This document shows, piece by piece, positions 47,909-56,134 of a stretch of DNA of 64,000 nt (its first letter is position 1; the number at the start of each line of letters is the position of its first letter). A program made the position numbers and the translations under genes. The notes under the pieces are model-generated. The model ran no database searches, was not told the DNA's origin, and was given only the letters and a program-made list of their open reading frames with translations. The stretch spans positions 195,977 to 259,976 of the forward strand of contig CAWKHJ010000004.1 of the NCBI GenBank assembly GCA_963849535.1. Direction: 5' to 3'. This DNA is from Terriglobia bacterium. Lineage in GTDB: Bacteria; Acidobacteriota; Terriglobia; Bryobacterales; Bryobacteraceae.

Positions 47909-49821
47909 GTTCGAACACAACTGGCTTGGCAGCAGAATCGGGCATTTCCGATAGGTCTGCCCGGCATCATGCACGTCCACCCGTATCGATTCTGATTCCC
48001 GCGCATGGGGCTGCCGACTTACTTCGCGGCTGCCTGATGAGCCTTGCTAAATTCGCTCCTCGCGAATGTTTCGTTCACGTGCTTGAGGATGCAACAGCGG
48101 ACAACAGCATCGGCAAGCTTTGCGAAGAGATGGCGAGCTTGCTTCCCCAACTCCGTTATGCTCGCAGCGAAATTAATCGTGGATTCGTGGGTATCTGCAA
48201 TTGGGGCTGCACATCAGTCCGGGATCCGGAGAGCGATGTACTCCTGCTCAGGCCAGAAACAGAGGTGACGGCAGGATTTCTCCAGGAGATGCAGGCAGTC
48301 CTTTACCTGCACGAGCGTCATGGCGTGGTATCGCCGCGCAGTAACAGCGCCGGAACGTTTTCCATTCCCATTGAGGAGGGTGCGTTCGAAGCCGGCGATT
48401 CCTACTCGGTGTGGGAGCGAGCCGCTCATTTGCTTCCGCGCTATCAGGTGGTGCCGACGCCGGTGAGTTTCTGCATGTTGATAAAGGCAGAGATTCTCGA
48501 CCGGTTCGGCCTGTTTGAGGAGGCCTATGCGCCCGGATTTTACGTGGAGGACGAGTTCGTTTGCAGAATCAACCGCTGCGGTTACTCGGCGGTCATAGCA
48601 AATTGGGCCTATGTTTTTCATCATCCGCCCTCGTTTTCCGGACTGCGGGAGACTGCGCTGGGAGAATCGCGCCGTGACATGCTGGTCTTTCGCTACCCAG
48701 AATACGAGCGGAAGTTCCTCGATTATGAACGCGTTTCCAGGGATCCTGTGGAGAGGTTTACCGCTCTCTTCAAGCCGCACCGGCCGCGGATCCTGTACGA
48801 TTTGTTTCATCTCACAGCCGCGCATACAGGAACATCCGATTTCGGCTTGAACCTGCTTCGTGAAGTGTCGCGAATCGTCGACGGCGAATTTGAGTTGTAT
48901 GTCGGGATGTTTCAGCCGGAGCGCTTTTTCGCCCACGAACTAGCCGGATATCGCATATTTGAAGACCAACCGGGTTCTAACCTGGTGTTTGATCTTGCAT
49001 TCAAGCCTTGCCAGTTTCTCTCCTGGGCTGAGTTCCGCCGAATGGAACGCCTGGCCCCTCGCGTGAGCTGCACCATGCTCGACATTATCGGCGTGCGCTG
49101 CGAGTATCTCAATTCACCTCGGCGTCAGATCATTTTACAGAGGGGAGTGGAGTTATCAGACTGTGTATTCACTCTGAGCGACTTCTCGCGCACTGATTTC
49201 GCCGCGTTCTACGGAGCAGATGTATCCTTTCGCGTGATACATCCCGGAACAAATCTGGGAATTACCGCCGGCGAGTTTCGCAAAGGAGAGTATGCGCTGG
49301 TGATAGGAAACGACTTTGCACATAAAGGCGTTCGAGAGGCGATCCAGCATCTCAAAGGAGATTTGCCGGTAGTGGTGCTGGGAGGCGAGCCGGAGGGGTC
49401 AGCACCAAATGTGCGCTTTCTGGCAAGCGGACAGATCAGCCGTCAACACATGCGCGAGCTATTTTCGAATGCACGCGTGCTGGTTTATCCGAGCCACTAT
49501 GAAGGATTCGGCCTGCCTGTCATCGATGCGCTCGCGCTCGGCAAACCGGCGGTGGTTTTGGATACTGCCATCAACCGAGAGCTAGCTTCGGCGCTGGAGG
49601 ATCCTAACCTCCACCGCATCGACGCAATGGAACAACTACATTCTACGGTCGCAAGACTCTTTGAAGCGGAGCCGGCGCGACCCGCGAAAGCGCCCCGCCG
49701 ATGGTCCGAGGCGGCTGAAGAGTATGTGCAGGTCTTTCGCGAACTATTGAGCCGCGATTTCGATTTAGCCAAGATTCGCGCCCGCTGGGAGATGCTGCGA
49801 AACTTTGACGCCGGAGATTGA
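47905..49821 (+). CDS. bifunctional glycosyltransferase (GT2-like N-domain + GT4/GT1-like C-domain)
   Basis: The ATG overlaps the upstream stop (ATGA). The N-domain has VSILIPAHGAADLLRGCL and the C-domain has VYPSHYEGFGLPVIDALALGKPAVV. Confidence 0.85.
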   Translation: MSSNTTGLAAESGISDRSARHHARPPVSILIPAHGAADLLRGCLMSLAKFAPRECFVHVLEDATADNSIGKLCEEMASLLPQLRYARSEINRGFVGICNWGCTSVRDPESDVLLLRPETEVTAGFLQEMQAVLYLHERHGVVSPRSNSAGTFSIPIEEGAFEAGDSYSVWERAAHLLPRYQVVPTPVSFCMLIKAEILDRFGLFEEAYAPGFYVEDEFVCRINRCGYSAVIANWAYVFHHPPSFSGLRETALGESRRDMLVFRYPEYERKFLDYERVSRDPVERFTALFKPHRPRILYDLFHLTAAHTGTSDFGLNLLREVSRIVDGEFELYVGMFQPERFFAHELAGYRIFEDQPGSNLVFDLAFKPCQFLSWAEFRRMERLAPRVSCTMLDIIGVRCEYLNSPRRQIILQRGVELSDCVFTLSDFSRTDFAAFYGADVSFRVIHPGTNLGITAGEFRKGEYALVIGNDFAHKGVREAIQHLKGDLPVVVLGGEPEGSAPNVRFLASGQISRQHMRELFSNARVLVYPSHYEGFGLPVIDALALGKPAVVLDTAINRELASALEDPNLHRIDAMEQLHSTVARLFEAEPARPAKAPRRWSEAAEEYVQVFRELLSRDFDLAKIRARWEMLRNFDAGD

Positions 49822-49925
49822 AAACGCGTTCGGGCGCCGGTTAAGTATTGAAAGGCCCCGATCAGATCGGTATTTGATGCCAGTGAGGCTGGGCGGCGGT
49901 AGATGTGTAAGCCTAGAATTGGGTA

Positions 49926-50474
49926 ATGGGAAGAGTTCCTAATCCGGGGGAAATTGCGCCGGGATTCGAGCTGCCGGACTCGACAGGAGCGCCGCGCGGC
50001 CTTTCGGGGTTGATCTCGCAGCGCCACTTGGTGCTACTCTTCTATCGCGGTAATTGGTGACCTTTCTGCCTCCGCCAGTTGGCGGAATACCGAGAACACT
50101 ACTTAGCGATCCGGACGGCGGGCGCGAGCGTAGCGGCTCTCGCGGTGGATGCGCCCGAAAAATCGGAGGCCTTGCGCGTACATCTCTCTTTACCTTTTCC
50201 GATTTTGTGCGACACGGAACGCCGCGTTGTCAGGCAGTGGGGCCTCTACAACGCACGAGAGAAAGGCGGCATCGCCAAGCCAGCGGTTTTCGTTATCGAC
50301 CCCAATCGGGTGGTACTCTACGCTGCGGTGGACATGGTTGCGAGGCGTGTGCCAGCGGCGCAGGTTGTTTCGCTGCTGCAAAATGACGGTCAAGCACAGC
50401 CGCCCCGACGCAAAGTTCACGTTCCGCTATTATCGGACTGGATAAGGGCGATTCGGAATAGCATCCGGCGATAA
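49926..50474 (+). CDS. AhpC/TSA (Prx-like redoxin) family protein with in-frame TGA at the active-site Cys position (candidate selenoprotein, or nonsense pseudogene)
   Basis: ATG 49926 is the first start after an in-frame TAG. It reads ..LVLLFYRGNW-TGA(50058-50060)-PFCLRQLAEYREHY.., in frame with track ORF 50079..50474. The family motif is FYRGxWCPxC. Confidence 0.6.
50064..50096 (+). promoter_or_regulatory. SECIS-like stem-loop downstream of the in-frame TGA
   Basis: The upper stem is TCCGCC(50071-76)-AGTT-GGCGGA(50081-86), a perfect 6 bp starting 11 nt after TGA. A possible lower stem is TTCT(50064-67)/AGAA(50093-96). Confidence 0.45.
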
Positions 50475-50718
50475 GCGGAGTTTCATTCCGCTGGTAGGGA
50501 TCTTCGTCAAGAACTGCCCGCCCTCTCTTCATTGGGGAGAATCATCTTTCGCTAGGGCCGCTGGCCAACTGACGCTCTCTTAAAACTCTACGCCAACTCG
50601 ATATGCGAACGGGAGGTAATCTGTGCGATCTAATCGTTCCGTACCCACGAGTACTGTGCTGCCGCACATTGGGCACATGTGCCTTATCGGAAAGATTCTC
50701 GAGTAGTTCTGGGGTCCT

Positions 50719-51102
50719 ATGAGGAAGCGCCCGCTTTCTGTAATGGCGATCGGCTGCGTGTACCTAGTGGTGGGTGCGATCGGCCTGGTTTATCACGCTG
50801 CTCAGTTCGAGCCGCGGCATTCGTTTCAATACGACATGATATGGATCTTTCTAGTCGAATTCATAGCGATTGTTTCTGGAGTCTACCTACTCCGTGGCAG
50901 CAACTGGTCACGCTGGCTCGCGATTGCCTGGATGGCATTCCATGTCGTCCTGAGCGCCTTTCATTCGTGGTCCGAGTTGCTGATACACAGTGTGCTATGC
51001 GCCGCGTTTGGTTACCTGCTGTTTCGACCGCAGGCGAACCGGTATTTTCGGGCCAGTGGAACCCAGGCGCGTGAATCGCGTAGCCGGTCTTCCGGAGAAT
51101 AG
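50719..51102 (+). CDS. hypothetical membrane protein
   Basis: 127 aa with 3-4 hydrophobic helices (VMAIGCVYLVVGAIGLVY; IWIFLVEFIAIVSGVYLL; WLAIAWMAFHVVL). Confidence 0.55.
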   Translation: MRKRPLSVMAIGCVYLVVGAIGLVYHAAQFEPRHSFQYDMIWIFLVEFIAIVSGVYLLRGSNWSRWLAIAWMAFHVVLSAFHSWSELLIHSVLCAAFGYLLFRPQANRYFRASGTQARESRSRSSGE

Positions 51103-51128
51103 ATCTTTCACTTGTCAGCCAACGTAGA

Positions 51129-51248
51129 TCAATCCTTGCCTGTCAACCAGCCCTGGCCCCGCATCCACATCTCCAGGAGCACCGGCCAGAGATCCAGCCC
51201 CTCGTCGCCCGTTTCTAACCCGCTGCCGTGAGCGCCATGGCGGAACAC
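51129..51248 (-). pseudogene. 3' fragment (40 codons) of a paralog of the alpha/beta hydrolase at 54947..55933
   Basis: 51142-51247 is about 90% identical to 54996-55101. It translates to VFRHGAHGSGLETGDEGLDLWPVLLEMWMRGQGWLTGKD* and is preceded by an in-frame stop. Confidence 0.7.
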
Positions 51249-51465
51249 CTAGCGGCCGAGGCAAGCGTAAACCGGCTTGCCGCGGTTGCAATACAGCGTT
51301 TTCGGTAAATGACGATTCGACTGTTTTGGACGCCATCATGATTACCGTCAATCCAGGCCCAAGCAGCGAGCTACGCAATATCGGTCGTCGTGTTGTGCAT
51401 GCGCGATAGACTCTGTATCGGTGGATTGAATGCGAGGAATCGGATTGCTGAACGGAGAAAGATCT

Positions 51466-52869
51466 ATGCGGGCCGGGGTGGCAGTGGTGCTCGCGATCGG
51501 TATTGCGAGCCTACAGGCGCAAGGACCGGGCGGCTCGCGAACCGCTGAAGCGCTCTTTAGGGCTCTGGATACGAACGGCGACGGCACGCTGACACGCAGC
51601 GAGATTGAGTTGGGGTTCAACTCCTGGTTTATGAACTGGGACACAACGAAGAGCGGTAGGCTAACGCGAAATGAGCTTGCGGGCGGATTAAGCAAGCTGC
51701 TGCCTGCGACTCCCGCTGCCAAGCCGGGCCAAGCAAATACGTTCAATGTAGCCGGCAATTCCACACCCATCCCGGTCCGGCAGGAAGCTGTCGATGCCAT
51801 GATCGCCGCCTTGCCTACGACGCAGGGTGTGAAGCCGCTGCGTGCACGGAAGGTACTGGTCTTTGCGCACACGGGAGCGGGCGGCTTCGTGCATGCCTCG
51901 ATTCCGCTCGCTGCCAAGACGGTGGAAGAACTGGGAAAGCGGGATGGCTTGTGGACCACAACGGTCAGCTACGACCCAAAAGACATCAATACGAATAATC
52001 TCAAGCAGTACGATGCGATTTTTCTGGACAGCACGACTGGCTGCTTTCTCGATGACGCAGATCCGTCGGTTACCGCGGCGCGACGCGCAGCATTCCTGAA
52101 CTTTGTCAGAAGCGGAAAAGGTATCGCGGCGATTCATGCGGCAACGGACGCGTACCACACGGACTGCCTCGCTGAACAGAGAGCCGCAAACAGCGGCACT
52201 GGAACGCCTAATTTCATGGCGAGCATCCTCGCTGCGCAGCTACTCACTGCGGCCGACAAGGACCCGAACGGTGCCGTGACCCGGCAGGAATGGGATAGGA
52301 TCGCCAATGATTGGTTCCAGAAGTTGGATAAGAACAAGACGGGAAAAGTCAGCAAGGCCGATTTTGTTGGACACTTCAATTCTTTGCTGCCGGCCTTCAC
52401 TCCAAGCATGTACACTGAACCGAAACCCGTACTGCAGTGGCCGGAATTCAACAAGTTGATCGGCGGTTACTTCAAATTTCACTGGCCGGATCCGCAGCTT
52501 ATCTATGTCAAGATTGACGATCCGAGCAGTCCCCTGACGGCAATGTTTCATGGGAAAGAGTTCGAGATCCGAGATGAGACGTACACGTTCGCCCAGGAAT
52601 CGTTCTCACGCAGGAACGTGCATGTACTGACGAGTATCGACTACAGCAAAATGAGCGCTGAGGATAAAGCGAAGGAAGCAAATCCGCGGACGGATGGAGA
52701 TTACGCCTTGAGCTACATTCGCCGCGAAGGACAGGGGCGCGTCTTCTATGAAGGGCACGGCCATGACGACCGGGTATATGCGATGACGCCGATGCTGGAG
52801 CACATTCGGGCCGGGATTCAATACGCGTTGGGCGATCTGAAAGCGGATGACAGCCCTTCGGTGAAGTAG
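51466..52869 (+). CDS. ThuA-domain protein with EF-hand-like calcium-binding loops
   Basis: It has a signal peptide and EF-hand loops DTNGDGTLTRSE, DKDPNGAVTRQE and DKNKTGKVSKAD. The ThuA-like core reads KVLVFAHTGAGGFVHASIP...YDAIFLDSTTG...FYEGHGHD. Confidence 0.75.
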   Translation: MRAGVAVVLAIGIASLQAQGPGGSRTAEALFRALDTNGDGTLTRSEIELGFNSWFMNWDTTKSGRLTRNELAGGLSKLLPATPAAKPGQANTFNVAGNSTPIPVRQEAVDAMIAALPTTQGVKPLRARKVLVFAHTGAGGFVHASIPLAAKTVEELGKRDGLWTTTVSYDPKDINTNNLKQYDAIFLDSTTGCFLDDADPSVTAARRAAFLNFVRSGKGIAAIHAATDAYHTDCLAEQRAANSGTGTPNFMASILAAQLLTAADKDPNGAVTRQEWDRIANDWFQKLDKNKTGKVSKADFVGHFNSLLPAFTPSMYTEPKPVLQWPEFNKLIGGYFKFHWPDPQLIYVKIDDPSSPLTAMFHGKEFEIRDETYTFAQESFSRRNVHVLTSIDYSKMSAEDKAKEANPRTDGDYALSYIRREGQGRVFYEGHGHDDRVYAMTPMLEHIRAGIQYALGDLKADDSPSVK

Positions 52870-52904
52870 CGGAACCCATCTGGCAGATGAAGCGCAATAG
52901 CTGA

Positions 52905-53126
52905 CGGCTTGCGTTTCTCGTACTTAAAAAAAGCCTGCCTCAGCCTCCGCACCTCACGAAGCGTGCTTTCCCGTTCGTCCGGGCCCCAATGGTGGAACAT
53001 GAAGCAGGAGAACACTCAGTCGAAGGACTCATCGGCATACGGCAGTTTGTTCGCGAGCCTCGACCGAATCGAGCGGATCGGCATGGCATCGCTCAACCGC
53101 TGAATGCCCTTCGAATAAGAATCACG
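52905..53126 (-). pseudogene. internal fragment of a class I SAM-dependent methyltransferase with in-frame TGA
   Basis: The minus frame reads ..SDAMPIRSIRSRLANKLPYADESFD*VFSCFMFHHWGPDERESTLREVRRL.., matching the post-motif-I region of Methyltransf_11 proteins. Motif I and the C-terminus are missing. Confidence 0.3.
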
Positions 53127-53128
53127 TT

Positions 53129-53509
53129 ATGTTGCTTGAAGAGCTCAGGAACCTCGAAACAGAGCTGCACACGATTGAAGCGCGTCGCAACCGGCAGCGC
53201 ATGGAAACACTGCTACATCCAGATTTCGTAGAATTCGGACGATCCGGTCGACGGTATACTCGCGCCGATATTCTTGAGGAATTCGGGCCGACGAGCGTAC
53301 TTCCAGCTGTTCGCTCAGAAAACTTCGATTTAGCTGTTTTGGCCGAAGGCATCGCATTGCTGACATACGCATCCGCCCATGAAGATGCGGAAGGAAAACT
53401 AACCCGACATACGTTGAGGTGCTCTGTCTGGGTATGGACTGAAACGGGTTGGCAGATGAGATTCCATCAGGGAACGCCAACACCAGCTCGAACTGTTGAT
53501 GAGCGATAA
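53129..53509 (+). CDS. DUF4440/NTF2-like family protein
   Basis: 126 aa with LETELHTIEARRNRQRMETLLHPDFVEFGRSGRRYTRADIL...WVWTETGWQMRFHQGT. Confidence 0.65.
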   Translation: MLLEELRNLETELHTIEARRNRQRMETLLHPDFVEFGRSGRRYTRADILEEFGPTSVLPAVRSENFDLAVLAEGIALLTYASAHEDAEGKLTRHTLRCSVWVWTETGWQMRFHQGTPTPARTVDER

Positions 53510-53706
53510 ACCCAATTATCGGCCCGATCAAGTGCGTTCTGGATGCATTTTGGCCGACACGGTTGTTGTTTAGCTTTCAGAGGGCGATTATTGGCGAACC
53601 GTCGGGCAGATGGGTGCTGGAGCAGATCACTGTCCTGAAGTCGGCACTCGGCAGCAAGCAGTCGGAATGACCCGATCGAGATACGGGGCTTCTTGCAATA
53701 ATTGTT

Positions 53707-53767
53707 AAAAATATTTGACAGGCCTCGGCGTAACGCGCTATTTTTTGTATGTCAAATATTTTTGACA
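53707..53767 (+). promoter_or_regulatory. AT-rich promoter/operator region upstream of the membrane-protein/XRE operon
   Basis: AAAAATATTTGACA (53707-20) is repeated as CAAATATTTTTGACA. There is a palindrome TGTCAAATATTTTTGACA at 53750-67. TTGACA-N18-TATTTT is sigma70-like. Confidence 0.35.
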
Positions 53768-53782
53768 ATGGAGTGAGTTGCC

Positions 53783-54211
53783 ATGGTGACAAGCCTTTCC
53801 TACCGGGAAAAGACTCTTTACGCTTCGCTTGCGGCGGAGCTAGTTGTGTACGGGCCTTACTTCTTCCTGCACCAGCAAAACTCCGTCAACAAGGTCGCAG
53901 GCATGATTATGGCGATTATCGTACTGCAGATAATCCTGCAGTCGGTCATTACCGCACTGACGCGGAACCGTGTGACGGATGAGCGCGATCGGTTGATCGA
54001 GCTACGAGGCTATCGTGCCGGTTACCTGGCGCTCGCCTCACTGATGGTGATCGGGCTGGGCATGTTGTGGTTTCACGCGACGGTCGGCCATCTTCGATTG
54101 GACAGCCGGATGGTAGGACTTCATTTCTTAAGCGTCTTTTTCGGCATGTTGGTCGTCGCGGATATCACGAAGACCGCCACGCAGATTGTAGCTTACCGGA
54201 AGGCGCTCTGA
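53783..54211 (+). CDS. DUF2178-like membrane protein
   Basis: 142 aa with four predicted helices. Its stop overlaps the start of the XRE regulator (TGATG), the usual arrangement for this pair. Confidence 0.55.
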   Translation: MVTSLSYREKTLYASLAAELVVYGPYFFLHQQNSVNKVAGMIMAIIVLQIILQSVITALTRNRVTDERDRLIELRGYRAGYLALASLMVIGLGMLWFHATVGHLRLDSRMVGLHFLSVFFGMLVVADITKTATQIVAYRKAL

Positions 54212-54426
54212 TGCCCGCGATACGCAATCAGATTCGAGAACTGCGGGCCCTCCGGGAAATGACGCAGCAGGAACTCGCGGATCGAGTCGGCGTCACACGG
54301 CAGACGGTGATAGCCATCGAGCAGGACAAGTATTCGCCTTCCCTCGAGACTGCGTTCAAAGTGGCAATCGTGCTTGGTGTACCGCTTGAGCAGTGCTTCC
54401 AGTATGACGCTCGCGGTAAGCGCTAA
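54211..54426 (+). CDS. XRE-family helix-turn-helix transcriptional regulator
   Basis: IRELRALREMTQQELADRVGVTRQTVIAIEQDKYSPSLETAFKVAIVLGVPLEQCF is a canonical HTH_3 sequence. Confidence 0.85.
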   Translation: MPAIRNQIRELRALREMTQQELADRVGVTRQTVIAIEQDKYSPSLETAFKVAIVLGVPLEQCFQYDARGKR

Positions 54427-54946
54427 GCTGGGCTGGGCGAGCTCCGATTGAGAACGAGCGGGTCGGATCGGCAAGAAAATCTCAGGCGCCCGCTCCACAA
54501 AAGCTGCTGCTGTTCCAGCGGCGATCGCGGATCTATTAAGTGGCGCACTCCGAACTGCGTGCCAGCTGCGAGTCGCAAACACAGGGAGGAAAAAGCTCTC
54601 ATCGCCGGCGCGCGACGGAGGGTGAGGATGCCAATCGATTCTTGTCTGTCGCACTCATTGCGTCTTCAGATGGTACAGCCTCTCTGTAGAATAGGCAATT
54701 TGTGCTGTAGGCACGAGCGCTTAGGTCAATTGAAATCCGATAGCGGTAAGTTGCCGTGGTTGGCCGCGTCCTCTCGCAAAGTCAGCGAGTCCCGTCAACG
54801 GCGTTATTGAAAGTAAGCTGGCGATTACTCTTGCATCGCCGATCTGCTGAACAGCGCCAGCCTACTCCGATAAGAAGCAAGCGGCTACAGGCGGGTGACG
54901 CTAAGTCTCCGGAATCGAAATTGAGAATATGGTCCGGATCAACCTA

Positions 54947-55933
54947 TCAACGAGGTGCAGCCGGCTTCGGATCGCCCAGCGAGGCCGGATCGGGCGTCAA
55001 CCAGCCCTGGCCGCGCATCCACATTTCCAGGAGCACCGGCCAGAGACCCAGCGCTTCGTCGCCAGTTCCTAACCCGCTGCCGTGAGCGCCATGGCGGAAC
55101 AGGTGCATCTCCACTGGCACACCAGCATTTAGCAGCGCCGAGTAGAACTCAACACTCGTTTGCACCGGCACCACTGGGTCATCCGTCGTGTGATAGATAA
55201 ACGTCGATGGCGTCTTTGCCGATACGTGCAACGCAGGAGTATATTTCTCTTCCCACTCCTTACACTGATTGGAGGGCATGGCGCTCAGTACCGAACAGTA
55301 AGTGATCAGATGCTTCGAATTGACCTGCATTGCGTTCAGCCACGGATAACCCAGAATCAGAAAATCCGGCCGGTCGCTCAACCGTTCCACGGGATCGCTG
55401 GAATCCTGCTTGCCGTCATCGAAGCTTGTGGCTTCCATCGCCGCCAGATGTCCGCCGGCCGAGAACCCCATGATGCCGATCCGGTCCGGCGACAACTTAT
55501 AGGTGTTGCAGACTGATCTGACCAACCGGACCGCCCGCTGGGCGTCCAGCAGCGGCGCGGGATACGGATTGTCTTCCCCAAGCCGATACTTGAGCACAAA
55601 GGCCGTTACGCCCCGCGCCGTGAACCAGTCAGCCACCTGGCGCCCCTCGAGATTGCTCGCCAGACCCTTATAAGCTCCGCCAGGCGCGACAATCACAGCG
55701 GTGCCGTTGCCCTTTCCTGGTTGCGGCACAAACAGAGTCAAGAATGAGGTCTCACTGTTCTTGCCTCCCTCGTTCCCGCCAGGGCCGCCCCACAGAGGCA
55801 GCGTCGTGATTCCCAGATTCTTATCCACCGCCACCGAGTTCTCAGCCGGAGGAACCTGTGCGGATGCACTCAATATCCCAAGCGACAAAGCAAAAACAAA
55901 CAAGCGCGTCCCGATGACTTCTCTAATTCGCAT
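54947..55933 (-). CDS. alpha/beta hydrolase (esterase/lipase-type), secreted
   Basis: It has a signal peptide, the nucleophile elbow IGIMGFSAGGHLAA, and later DDPVVP and FRHGAHGSG motifs that fit the Asp and His. Confidence 0.85.
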   Translation of the reverse strand: MRIREVIGTRLFVFALSLGILSASAQVPPAENSVAVDKNLGITTLPLWGGPGGNEGGKNSETSFLTLFVPQPGKGNGTAVIVAPGGAYKGLASNLEGRQVADWFTARGVTAFVLKYRLGEDNPYPAPLLDAQRAVRLVRSVCNTYKLSPDRIGIMGFSAGGHLAAMEATSFDDGKQDSSDPVERLSDRPDFLILGYPWLNAMQVNSKHLITYCSVLSAMPSNQCKEWEEKYTPALHVSAKTPSTFIYHTTDDPVVPVQTSVEFYSALLNAGVPVEMHLFRHGAHGSGLGTGDEALGLWPVLLEMWMRGQGWLTPDPASLGDPKPAAPR

Positions 55934-56134
55934 ATGTGGAAGTATTTCACGACCCTACACGGTCTTCATCCAGCTCACGCGGACCGAGGTCCAGATATCG
56001 CCTAAGCGGCTCGTTTGGATGACAGCGTTTCGGGTGGGCGGAGCGAAACCGCTGAAGTAGAGTAGCTTTACGGAATACACAAGTGAGACCGGAGTGACCG
56101 ATGTAGGTCCGCATTCCCGTTTCACTCAAATGGG

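Noticed and set aside
53052-53054. The in-frame TGA in the methyltransferase fragment, considered as a second selenocysteine codon.
   Set aside because: It aligns with an aliphatic position (SFDxV), not a Cys. No downstream hairpin is seen, and the gene is truncated at both ends.
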